From the UHGV virus genome UHGV-0212524: a DNA stretch of 64,000 nt, one strand, 5' to 3'. The position numbers and the translations under genes were made by a program. Origin of the DNA: a virus. Shown one piece after another: positions 47,070 to 55,625 of the stretch. How positions within the stretch are numbered: position 1 is the first letter of the stretch; each line of letters opens with the position of its first letter. Under the pieces are notes generated by a model. That model was given only the letters and a program-made list of their open reading frames with translations, had not been told where the DNA came from and did not search any database.

Positions 47070-48035
47070 TCAGCGTGGGCCTGAAGTTGGGCCATGGACG
47101 CCGTCGTGGATGTGTACGCTGAAGGTAATACCGGAAATCACCGCATCCTTAACCGTAAAGATACCCACGCCTTCGCCCGTACCACCGTATTTGAAGTTCT
47201 TAGCAACTTCCAAATTACCGGTGAACATCGCTTCGTTACCTTCTTGCTTAAAGTTCGGCGTTTTATACGTTGTTGAACCAGAAGCTTCAGTTAGCCAGGT
47301 TTCTGTTTTAAAGGTAACCGATTTCGACGCTTCGGTATTCCGAACTTCGCATTTCTCATTAATCGTTTTCGTTTCCAGGTTAATCGAACGTTTTGCGTAA
47401 ATGAACGCATCTTCTTTGTTGATGTTCACTTTCGAGAGCATCGCGTTCTCAAAACCTAAATCGTCTTCCACCGAGTTAATGTAATACTTATTCCCTTTAT
47501 GGTCAACGCACTGCCACGACCCGTTAGCGTTATCGAATTGGAATAACCACGCCGCTTTCTCCCCATTCACCATACTTGTTCTTAGGGTAACGTGTTTGTC
47601 AATCGTTGAGACGTTTAACACATACGCGTTCGACAAGTCATCCGCCATCTGGTTTTCCGGGTCAGCCGACCACGCGTAAACCGCATCCTCTAATCGCTTA
47701 ACGTTAGCGAAATTCAAATCAATCCAAAAATAAATATCAGTTTGCCCTAGACGTAGCAAGATAACGTAATCTTCTCGCTTAACGTCTGGGGAATTAATTC
47801 GGTTGGAATTAAATTTCCACCACTTTGCAGTAATCGTGTTACCGGTTTTAATCGTTAGGTTGTCGATAGCACCCCCAGTATCGTGTACCTTTTCAGCGGT
47901 TGAGGAAACTGATTGTACAACGGTAGGGTTCGCAAAGTTGGTTTCAATTGGTATCACTTTTACCCGATCTGTACCACGGGGTTTGTCTTCCGCGACGATA
48001 CCAATCGAGAAAAAGTCAACGCTGGATTTCTCCAT
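47070..48035 (-). CDS. hypothetical protein, possibly virion structural (321 aa)
   Basis: Intact ORF; beta-rich composition; C-terminal GITFSVHIHDGVHGPTSGP; no confident family assignment. Confidence 0.5.
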   Translation of the reverse strand: MEKSSVDFFSIGIVAEDKPRGTDRVKVIPIETNFANPTVVQSVSSTAEKVHDTGGAIDNLTIKTGNTITAKWWKFNSNRINSPDVKREDYVILLRLGQTDIYFWIDLNFANVKRLEDAVYAWSADPENQMADDLSNAYVLNVSTIDKHVTLRTSMVNGEKAAWLFQFDNANGSWQCVDHKGNKYYINSVEDDLGFENAMLSKVNINKEDAFIYAKRSINLETKTINEKCEVRNTEASKSVTFKTETWLTEASGSTTYKTPNFKQEGNEAMFTGNLEVAKNFKYGGTGEGVGIFTVKDAVISGITFSVHIHDGVHGPTSGPR

Positions 48036-48063
48036 TAGGTCGTTCCTTAGATCGGAAATGAAT

Positions 48064-48115
48064 TCAGATATATTTTACTTAAGTGAATAGGGGCTGAACT
48101 CGCACTTCAGCCCCT
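48064..48115 (+). promoter_or_regulatory. conserved promoter-like motif plus hairpin (copy 3 of 4)
   Basis: tcagatatattttacttaagtga followed by the stem aggggctgaa / ttcagcccct. Confidence 0.45.
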
Positions 48116-48421
48116 ATGGGCACGTTTCTTTCGAAACGGAGTTACCATGTGATTAGGAGACAGACCAATGTCTACTGAGAAGAAAAGCGGATTGGACGAA
48201 GTCATCGTACTGTTCAAACGCTACAACCCGGCTATTCCTCGGTAATCATAGTATTACTTAAAATTTACAGATTGTCCCTTTATTCTGCTACTCGGGATAC
48301 CGGTAGGGGGTAGGGGGCAATATGTATACGGATATAAATAGCGGAGGTATACGTAGTATACCGACATACTCTTCCCAGAGGAACGTAGTGACTCCCTTAT
48401 TCCATTTTAGGAGAATATATC

Positions 48422-48979
48422 ATGATTACTATCGAAATGAAACAACAAGCTATTGAGTTTGTTAAGCTGGGTGCAGGTAAACACCAACTTGATTATCCTT
48501 GCGTTATACAGTCTAACGTTATCCGGCCAGGTACAATGATTACCGGTCTTCAAGTTGAAGAATTTGATGGAGATGCTGTGGTTTGGGAACGCCGTTTCTC
48601 ACGACTTAATTATCATAGTGTCGGAGATAGTTTTACCGAAATATTCCGTCATCTGTTTTCCGGTACCGGATGGAAAGTAACGAGTGCGTTCTACGGTGGC
48701 AATGTTATTACCCTTCTAGACAGAGGAGATGCACGTTATCTCGTGAACTTTACTTTCGCAAGACGCTACGCATATTTCCCTAACCCACTTACGTGTACGT
48801 TAAGTAACCCAGGAATACTACTAACAGATAAAGAAGCAGAGGCACTACTTACAGAACTGAAAAAGGACGGTTGTGATATTGATGACTGGGAAACATTGGT
48901 AGGGACAGCAAAAGCACACGGTTGGCATACAGTGCGCAAACTCGGTCAGCAACTGTTGTTCTTAGCTTATAACGTTTAA
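48422..48979 (+). CDS. hypothetical protein, paralog family C (185 aa)
   Basis: C-terminal ...AKAHGWHTVRKLGQQLLFLAYNV shared with the next two genes. Confidence 0.6.
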   Translation: MITIEMKQQAIEFVKLGAGKHQLDYPCVIQSNVIRPGTMITGLQVEEFDGDAVVWERRFSRLNYHSVGDSFTEIFRHLFSGTGWKVTSAFYGGNVITLLDRGDARYLVNFTFARRYAYFPNPLTCTLSNPGILLTDKEAEALLTELKKDGCDIDDWETLVGTAKAHGWHTVRKLGQQLLFLAYNV

Positions 48980-49008
48980 GTAACGAACAACCCTAAAGGA
49001 GAGTAAAA

Positions 49009-50160
49009 ATGCGAAATATTATTTCTAAACCAGGACATGTCAAGATCCTAAAAGAACTGATGGACAGATGCTATAATCAGACTTGGCCTCTGCCAAGCTT
49101 AACCATCGAGTCTTCATTACAACGCGAGTTGTTTGGTTATAACTTGGGCTGCTGTGTACTGAGTGAATACGATGAGATTATCGCGCCTGTCGATGTCTGT
49201 ACTTACGATGAAGAAATTGAAGGTTACCAGTTCGAGGTTTACACAAATTCTGGACTAAATTACCGTAAACTCGTTGTTAGAGAAAAGAGTAGCGGCCGGA
49301 AGATTATGTTTAAGGTCTTCCCAAGCGGTAAAGTCAGTAGTTTATGTTTTCAGCTTGAGCAAGTGTCCTTTCACGGTGCAGCTATTTTAACTAAACCAGA
49401 ACTCGCGTTATTAAGTGGGTTAATTGGTTTTGAAGCAAAAACCATCAAAGTTGAGCAGGAACTCACACGAAACGATTTCGGCTCGACCTGGTACGAAAGT
49501 TTCTTCCGCTACGAAATGTTAAGTGATAAAGCTATCAAGCTCACTTACCGTTCTACCGACGATCTCGTTTACCACATTTTAATTAGCGGCGAACCCCACC
49601 TGATTATTGAAGACAAAGGAGAAAATCAAATGTCTGCCTTAAGAGACGAATTAGCCCAATTCATTCGTGACGTCGAAGAGAAAAGCAAGAGCGAACACAT
49701 TTTCTCACAACGCTATCCTGAACTTATTGACGAGACCACCGATAGTGTCGTCGACGGTATACGCATTTTCCCAAGTGGTCTTGCAATCTACCGACTGCCC
49801 AGCGTTAACCAGCTTAAAGTCATGGAAATGCTAAAAGACGTTTTAGCAGAAGCGGGTTGGGAATATCGTTTCGATTGCAATTTCGAAGGGATGGCGTTAT
49901 TCGTTACAAAGAAAAATTATACGTTGTCAATCGATCTGCCCAAAAGTCAATATTACAGTTTCTTCCCGAAAGCGGATGACCGCACTGAAAAAGAACCTGC
50001 GTTGTTACTCGATGCGGCAGAATCCAATACGCTAATGATGCGTCTGCGGATGGTTGACAAAAAGTTAAATACCGGCCATTTAACGACGATCGGTAAAGAT
50101 TACGGTTGGAAATCTGTCGAACCGTACGGCAGTCAGCTGCTGTTTGTTGCTGACCTTTAA
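49009..50160 (+). CDS. hypothetical protein, paralog family C (383 aa)
   Basis: C-terminal ...GKDYGWKSVEPYGSQLLFVADL. Confidence 0.6.
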   Translation: MRNIISKPGHVKILKELMDRCYNQTWPLPSLTIESSLQRELFGYNLGCCVLSEYDEIIAPVDVCTYDEEIEGYQFEVYTNSGLNYRKLVVREKSSGRKIMFKVFPSGKVSSLCFQLEQVSFHGAAILTKPELALLSGLIGFEAKTIKVEQELTRNDFGSTWYESFFRYEMLSDKAIKLTYRSTDDLVYHILISGEPHLIIEDKGENQMSALRDELAQFIRDVEEKSKSEHIFSQRYPELIDETTDSVVDGIRIFPSGLAIYRLPSVNQLKVMEMLKDVLAEAGWEYRFDCNFEGMALFVTKKNYTLSIDLPKSQYYSFFPKADDRTEKEPALLLDAAESNTLMMRLRMVDKKLNTGHLTTIGKDYGWKSVEPYGSQLLFVADL

Positions 50161-50186
50161 TAAGTGAAAATACACTTTCTCTAACT

Positions 50187-50212
50187 GCCGCGCTTTAGTC
50201 GCGGCTTTTGTT
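50187..50212 (+). terminator. rho-independent terminator
   Basis: gccgcg ctttagt cgcggc followed by ttttgtt. Confidence 0.6.
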
Positions 50213-50227
50213 AAGAAGGAAATAGAA

Positions 50228-51001
50228 ATGAAAGTCCATTTAGACGATATCTTTAAAACCGAACCGTATATGATCGAAGGCCCGCTAACGTCGCTACTAT
50301 TTGCCGATAGACTAGATCGAACGTTGCAATTACAATCGGTCGAATCTGCACCGATTAACGATGTAGAGCGCTACGAGCGCATCAACCATACGCGGGGTGA
50401 GTATCGTCGCTATAAGCCAAACTCACTAACCATCAAGCTTTGGAAAGTGAGCACAGGTAAAGTATTAACTTATCGCGCTGTTGGTAGTTATTACATTCAA
50501 CAGGCCAAAGAGTGGTTAGAAAAAGTTAAAGAACTGAACTTCGATCTACTGAGCAAAAAACTGCGCGATCATAACGCCAGTTTGCCGATACGTAATTATT
50601 TCTCCACGATTGAAAATAGTCGTTGCTTCGTTTCCAGCAAGTCTATGATATCGCCTGGGGCTGATGTTCAAACAACACTGAAAGATGTGATTGTGAAGAA
50701 AATCTTTCATGAATCTGAACACGTTGGATTTCGTATCTATTTAACGCACAAGAGGCCATTTACCGTGATTCATGTTGTTACCGCACCCGAAGGCTCGGCA
50801 GTCGTACGTGAACTTCCTGACGCACGTGACCGTAGCCCTAATGAGCCACTTTACTTAATGTCAGGAACAAAATCAGAATCTTTGATGTCCCGTTACAGCA
50901 TGGTTGATGTTGTTGATACTGCTATGAAGTTAGGTTGGAAAGAAGTACAGCAGCACGGCAAACAATTGCTGTTTATCGCAGATGTAAATCTCAATAACTA
51001 A
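50228..51001 (+). CDS. hypothetical protein, paralog family C (257 aa)
   Basis: C-terminal ...AMKLGWKEVQQHGKQLLFIADVNLNN. Confidence 0.6.
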   Translation: MKVHLDDIFKTEPYMIEGPLTSLLFADRLDRTLQLQSVESAPINDVERYERINHTRGEYRRYKPNSLTIKLWKVSTGKVLTYRAVGSYYIQQAKEWLEKVKELNFDLLSKKLRDHNASLPIRNYFSTIENSRCFVSSKSMISPGADVQTTLKDVIVKKIFHESEHVGFRIYLTHKRPFTVIHVVTAPEGSAVVRELPDARDRSPNEPLYLMSGTKSESLMSRYSMVDVVDTAMKLGWKEVQQHGKQLLFIADVNLNN

Positions 51002-51013
51002 AGAGGTGGTACC

Positions 51014-51592
51014 GTGTACCGATTAATAGAAATGAGAAAAGACGTTTGGTTGGAAAACCTCGTCGATGGGGAGCTTGAGGGAATAGAGCTTTCCTTACCA
51101 GAGAGAGCGGACACGGTATTGGCCTTTCTGGTAAAACAGGCAGACCGTGAGCCGGTAGGAATTTTCACTGTGGACTATAAAGATCCGCGAGGAATTCATT
51201 TACGGAACATTTGCAGTGGTTTGGAAAACTTACCGGCTAATCCGTTCTTAAACTACGCAAAACGTAAACTCCAACCGGGACAACACCTCTGGGTAACGTT
51301 ATCGCCTGACGTTAGGATCATACGTGACGATTACTCGGCGTTTGTACAGGCAACGAAAGTCAGTCTGTATAACCCGAACGCAGAGCGTACCGATATGCCG
51401 TTTATAATTACCTTAGAAGACGATGGAACGCAAGAAGGTATCGAGGCAATTACGGAATTAGTAAACTCTTATCCGGTTGCCACTATCGAGATAGAAAACC
51501 CAAGCCGTTTACAATTGGGTGACCTGCTCGAATGGATCGAACTGAATACAGAATTCTTAATCAATTCTCGTCAGTATCGATTCGACGTTTAA
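51014..51592 (+). CDS. hypothetical protein (192 aa)
   Basis: Intact ORF with RBS aagaggtggtaccGTG/ATG. Confidence 0.55.
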   Translation: MYRLIEMRKDVWLENLVDGELEGIELSLPERADTVLAFLVKQADREPVGIFTVDYKDPRGIHLRNICSGLENLPANPFLNYAKRKLQPGQHLWVTLSPDVRIIRDDYSAFVQATKVSLYNPNAERTDMPFIITLEDDGTQEGIEAITELVNSYPVATIEIENPSRLQLGDLLEWIELNTEFLINSRQYRFDV

Positions 51593-51596
51593 CAAC

Positions 51597-51626
51597 GGTG
51601 GGGTGTAAACCCCACCTTTTTTTTGT
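51597..51626 (+). terminator. rho-independent terminator
   Basis: ggtggggtg taaa ccccacc followed by a T9 run. Confidence 0.75.
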
Positions 51627-51647
51627 TCTCTAACATTAAAAATAATC

Positions 51648-51688
51648 TCAGATATATATTACTTAGGTGAGAGTACAAAAGCTCTCAC
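51648..51688 (+). promoter_or_regulatory. conserved promoter-like motif plus hairpin (copy 4 of 4)
   Basis: tcagatatatattacttaggtgagagtacaaaagctctcac; the downstream leader cttaactaaaaccattttaggag is shared with copy 2. Confidence 0.5.
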
Positions 51689-51718
51689 TTAACTAAAACC
51701 ATTTTAGGAGTATTAACG

Positions 51719-52090
51719 ATGAAAAGCGAATTGTTCAAAGACCCGTTTGTTGTATTACTGATCGTTACTCGCGCTGCCACTAACCCAGAAGACCTGAAAC
51801 GTTTACTTGCCAACGAAGCATACCTTATCGAACAGCGTGACGCGCAGTTAGCCAAACCACACGCTGAAGGCCAGGTGAAAGACCTTATCTCTATTTTCCG
51901 TAACGAAGAATGGCGTAAAAACAACCAGCTGTCCGACAACCTGACGGTTGCAATTGCAAAACTCTTGACACTGTTCAATCTTGACAAAGACATTAACCAA
52001 AGCCTTTCTACAGAAGAACGTCTGGAGATGATAAGAGGTATCGGAGATAGCTATACGCAGATTAAAGCATTCCCCAACACAGTTATTTAA
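51719..52090 (+). CDS. hypothetical protein (123 aa)
   Basis: Intact ORF downstream of promoter-like copy 4. Confidence 0.55.
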   Translation: MKSELFKDPFVVLLIVTRAATNPEDLKRLLANEAYLIEQRDAQLAKPHAEGQVKDLISIFRNEEWRKNNQLSDNLTVAIAKLLTLFNLDKDINQSLSTEERLEMIRGIGDSYTQIKAFPNTVI

Positions 52091-52136
52091 TTTCATGTTT
52101 TGTGGGAACTTCCCCATAACCCGAAGGAGCATTTCA

Positions 52137-52598
52137 ATGAAAACCTTTACCACATTCTTAATAACCATTTTAACTTTCGGCCTCAATAGCGCACACGCCG
52201 CTATCAATAGCTGGGAACAAATACAAAACCCTGGCCAGGTAGTTTACGAAATCGAAGACACCGCCGGAAACGGACTGTCTATCAACTGTGACACTGAAAC
52301 TGCGAATCGCAAATTTTACGGTCGGATGGTTTGGTATTACGGGGAACCCGTAGGTGCAACTAACGCTGAAGATAACACGATGGATATTGTCGTAAACGGC
52401 AAAACCTATAACATCCCTACCGTGGACGGTAGTGACAAAGCAGAACTCGCTTGGGTTGCTTTCGTTAATGCTATCGGTAATGCCAAAACTTTCAGTGTGA
52501 GTATCAATGGTAACGATGCCGCTAACTTTACCGTAGAAGGCGATCGTTTATCTGAAACTTTCTTCCAGAACTGTGGACACACCCGTCCTAACAAATAA
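52137..52598 (+). CDS. small secreted protein 1 (about 153 aa from internal ATG)
   Basis: Signal peptide MKTFTTFLITILTFGLNSAHA; RBS aaggagc; track ORF begins at 52095. Confidence 0.55.
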   Translation: MKTFTTFLITILTFGLNSAHAAINSWEQIQNPGQVVYEIEDTAGNGLSINCDTETANRKFYGRMVWYYGEPVGATNAEDNTMDIVVNGKTYNIPTVDGSDKAELAWVAFVNAIGNAKTFSVSINGNDAANFTVEGDRLSETFFQNCGHTRPNK

Positions 52599-52620
52599 CT
52601 AATAATCTTTTTTAGAGTGC

Positions 52621-53013
52621 GTGAAAATGAATATCAGAACTATACTTTATACCATCATTATTTTCTGTGCAATCGGTATTACTGGCACTTATGCTTTCGG
52701 CGATTCGGACGTCCGCCATTACGAACCGGCTCCTGACTCACCCATTATCAACCCGGACGAGTCACCTACGTTAATGCGCAGTTTCGGTAAACTGCAAGTT
52801 TATCGCTTAGTACGCGGTGAAACGTGTACCGGATTACTCATTGCCGACACCCGTGCACAAGTCTACCAACGTCTGACGGATATCGCCTGCGAACAACCAA
52901 AAGTCATGTCGGTCAGTATTCATCCGTTAGAGGTCGGAAACTATACTGCTGTGGACTTCTTCCATAATGCAGAACTGATTGGCCGTATTACTTTAAATCG
53001 TAGCGCTGAATAA
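52621..53013 (+). CDS. small secreted protein 2 (130 aa)
   Basis: N-terminal hydrophobic signal-like segment ILYTIIIFCAIGITGTYAFG. Confidence 0.5.
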   Translation: MKMNIRTILYTIIIFCAIGITGTYAFGDSDVRHYEPAPDSPIINPDESPTLMRSFGKLQVYRLVRGETCTGLLIADTRAQVYQRLTDIACEQPKVMSVSIHPLEVGNYTAVDFFHNAELIGRITLNRSAE

Positions 53014-53031
53014 TTTAATGGAGAATTTACA

Positions 53032-53514
53032 ATGAAACGTTTACATACCCTGATGTTCTTCGTGGCTATTCTGTTCACAGGCTTTACCTTTAACGCAGAA
53101 GCGGCTACCGTAAAACAAGCACTTAGCTGTAACCCGGAAGCCTGGGCTGAACAACCTGGAGCGTGTCCTGATATCAACACACTCTATACTGACGATGCGA
53201 CTTATAAAGCCGCAATCGATAAAGCGTTGAAACCGGTCGGACTAGACGGATTATTCGGTAAAGATGGTGTAATGAATGGTCCTGGCGGCGATGTTATTCC
53301 CGTGCAAATCAACGGCAAAGTCTGGCTTGAGTCTACCGCTTGCAAAAGCAATGCTTGTGGTTGGGAATACATCACGACGCTTTATAACCCTCAGACCCAT
53401 GTCGTAGTAGGTTACTATTACAACGTCGACCCAGGTTATCTGGTTTGGTTTGGCGATATCGGCGTTAATGAATTCGCCTATCTGGTTAAGAAATACGTAG
53501 CTGCGGTTAACTAA
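53032..53514 (+). CDS. small secreted Cys-containing protein 3 (160 aa)
   Basis: Signal peptide MKRLHTLMFFVAILFTGFTFNAEA; four Cys in the mature part. Confidence 0.55.
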   Translation: MKRLHTLMFFVAILFTGFTFNAEAATVKQALSCNPEAWAEQPGACPDINTLYTDDATYKAAIDKALKPVGLDGLFGKDGVMNGPGGDVIPVQINGKVWLESTACKSNACGWEYITTLYNPQTHVVVGYYYNVDPGYLVWFGDIGVNEFAYLVKKYVAAVN

Positions 53515-53529
53515 TTTAAGGAGTCTGTC

Positions 53530-53940
53530 ATGAAAACGTTTATCAAAACTTTACTCGTTGCTGTAACTGTTCTGTTCTCTCTTAACGTAGCAGCAAAAAC
53601 AGTAAAACTACCGGCGGGTATCAAATACGTCAACAGTACCGACGAATTCTACTGCACAGAAATTGACGGTCTGTATTGCCAGACAAAGAATTTGTTTGAA
53701 TACAAAGGTAACAGGTATGTTTTCGTTGTTGAGCAAGGCGGTGCCTGGTGCTACGACAGCCCTATGTCGGTGCTCAATCTGGAAACTTGGAAAGCACAGA
53801 AAATTGAATACAAAGACAACCAACTGTGTTCAGGCGAAAACAAACCGTTCTTCAAAATCAAAAATGGTGTGCCGACTGTAGGTGTTATCGACACCTCTGG
53901 AGCACCCATCGTTGTCGCTCAGGACAAACTTAAAATCTAA
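53530..53940 (+). CDS. small secreted Cys-containing protein 4 (136 aa)
   Basis: Signal peptide MKTFIKTLLVAVTVLFSLNVAA; four Cys. Confidence 0.55.
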   Translation: MKTFIKTLLVAVTVLFSLNVAAKTVKLPAGIKYVNSTDEFYCTEIDGLYCQTKNLFEYKGNRYVFVVEQGGAWCYDSPMSVLNLETWKAQKIEYKDNQLCSGENKPFFKIKNGVPTVGVIDTSGAPIVVAQDKLKI

Positions 53941-53950
53941 GGAGTAAACC

Positions 53951-54340
53951 ATGCGTCTTATCTGCGCTTTGTTGGCGTTTTTCTCAATCGGAGTTATGGC
54001 TTCTACACACATCGACGATTTATTACTTACCCCGGCAACGAACACAGACTATCACTACAACCCACCGGGTTTTGAAGTCTGCGAAGGCGATGCAGGCGAG
54101 TGCCAAGAAGTTGGCGCAGATGGACGCTATATACTCGTAAAAGCAGACGGCGGAACAACCTGCCCTGCGGGTTATTATTTCGTACTTGACGCTGTAGCAA
54201 AAGAGGTGCTTCCTGTAACGACCAAAACGTGTGACCCCACAGTTGTACTAACGCTTGCGAAAAGCAAATCACGTGACCGTCATCTTATCGTCATCGAAGA
54301 ACGCGGTGAGATGCTAGGCGCTATCGAATTAGATTACTGA
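53951..54340 (+). CDS. small secreted Cys-containing protein 5 (129 aa)
   Basis: Signal peptide MRLICALLAFFSIGVMAS; four Cys. Confidence 0.55.
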   Translation: MRLICALLAFFSIGVMASTHIDDLLLTPATNTDYHYNPPGFEVCEGDAGECQEVGADGRYILVKADGGTTCPAGYYFVLDAVAKEVLPVTTKTCDPTVVLTLAKSKSRDRHLIVIEERGEMLGAIELDY

Positions 54341-54351
54341 TGTGTAGTCTT

Positions 54352-54390
54352 GACCCCGGTTCGTTCCGATTCGTCCGGGGTCCTTTTTAC
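54352..54390 (+). terminator. rho-independent terminator
   Basis: gaccccgg ...loop... ccggggtc followed by ctttttac. Confidence 0.6.
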
Positions 54391-54419
54391 GACCTGTTTT
54401 ACCTAAAGGAGAATTAAAA

Positions 54420-54896
54420 ATGCGTTTATCTAATGTTTATCAAGCGGCCCAATTCCATCACGAACTGACGGCTAAGCCTGAGTATATTCGCCACAACTTA
54501 ACGGTGGCTTGGAAACTGTTATTGATTGCTGATGCAGCACGACACAACGACCAGGAAACTATTATCAAAACCGTGCGTACTTTACGCCCTATTGATCTGG
54601 AAACAATTTGGTCGTTTGACTTAACTCGAATTTATCATCGTCGCTTTAATGCGGCGGTGGATGCGATACGTCCTTATTTCCACTATTTGCAAGCAACATC
54701 AGACTGTGGTCCATCCTTAGAGTGGGTCTTGGTACAAAGCGTATGGAGCGATTACATTTATCTCCTATCTTTAGAGACGGGTGAATGCATTATCGCTAAC
54801 GAGGTATTCTCAACCAACGCTGAAATGTATCGTTCCCACGCTACTATCCAGGGTGTCTCACAGCCTATCTTATCACTCACGCACTTAGGGCTGTGA
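54420..54896 (+). CDS. hypothetical protein (158 aa)
   Basis: Intact ORF preceded by the conserved ttttacctaaaggagaattaaaaATG leader. Confidence 0.55.
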   Translation: MRLSNVYQAAQFHHELTAKPEYIRHNLTVAWKLLLIADAARHNDQETIIKTVRTLRPIDLETIWSFDLTRIYHRRFNAAVDAIRPYFHYLQATSDCGPSLEWVLVQSVWSDYIYLLSLETGECIIANEVFSTNAEMYRSHATIQGVSQPILSLTHLGL

Positions 54897-54904
54897 TTAG
54901 CCCG

Positions 54905-54933
54905 GCCCCGCTGTGTACGGGGCTTCTTTTTTG
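54905..54933 (+). terminator. rho-independent terminator
   Basis: gccccg ctgtgta cggggc followed by ttcttttttg. Confidence 0.7.
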
Positions 54934-54950
54934 CCCAAGGAAACTGAAAC

Positions 54951-55559
54951 ATGAACGAAATTACTTTGGTTCGTTTTATTGAAGCGATGCGTCAAAACGA
55001 AGCTAATCCACACTCTCCGTTATTTATTGATTTGATGGAAGAAGAAGTAGAAGGGTTCTTAGCGTACCCGCGTTTGAAAGCATATTTTGAACGTAAAACA
55101 CCAACCGCTTACGAAAAGCTAATGTACGCGTTAGATAACCGTACTACGTTGAACACCACACCGTTTAAAGCGCTGGAAGCAATAGACCCTACCGGGGGTG
55201 CAGGTATCCCACAACGTGTTGTGTTCTACTACATCGACAACGGGCGTATTAAGGCCGACGTTGTAAATTGGATCTCTGAAGGGGAAATCCCAGAAACGCG
55301 TACCTTTAACCTCTGCCCAGTGGAAGAAGGTTGGGTTGCAGGAACACATTATTCCTATCCGTACCAAAGCATCAAATCGCCATATCTGTATCCGGTGTAT
55401 TTGGATGACGTTACACCAGGGAAATGTGTTCCCGTTACCAATCTGATTTGTTTACTGACGATGGAAGTTGTTGCGTCAGATGCAGGCCAGGCTTGGGTTG
55501 AGCAATCGAAAAATATCCAAAACTGGCAGGAGATGGGTTACAAACTCTACCAGCCGTAA
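54951..55559 (+). CDS. hypothetical protein (202 aa)
   Basis: Intact ORF; no Mre11/SbcD phosphoesterase motifs seen. Confidence 0.55.
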   Translation: MNEITLVRFIEAMRQNEANPHSPLFIDLMEEEVEGFLAYPRLKAYFERKTPTAYEKLMYALDNRTTLNTTPFKALEAIDPTGGAGIPQRVVFYYIDNGRIKADVVNWISEGEIPETRTFNLCPVEEGWVAGTHYSYPYQSIKSPYLYPVYLDDVTPGKCVPVTNLICLLTMEVVASDAGQAWVEQSKNIQNWQEMGYKLYQP

Positions 55560-55565
55560 TACCGC

Positions 55566-55614
55566 GAGAGAACCTTCGGGTTCTCTCCCTTCTCTTTTAT
55601 TTTTTTTCTTTTTA
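55566..55614 (+). terminator. rho-independent terminator
   Basis: gagagaacc ttcg ggttctctc followed by a long T-rich tract. Confidence 0.75.
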
Positions 55615-55625
55615 CACCACGCTCC

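Noticed and set aside
48168-48245. 26-codon ORF (MSTEKKSGLDEVIVLFKRYNPAIPR) in the intergenic region before gene 48422
   Set aside because: Too short and without an obvious RBS or conservation; possibly a leader peptide but unsupported.
54951-55559. Gene upstream of the SbcC-like ATPase as the Mre11/SbcD nuclease partner
   Set aside because: No metallophosphoesterase motifs (D.H...GD...GNH.) are present in the 202-aa product.
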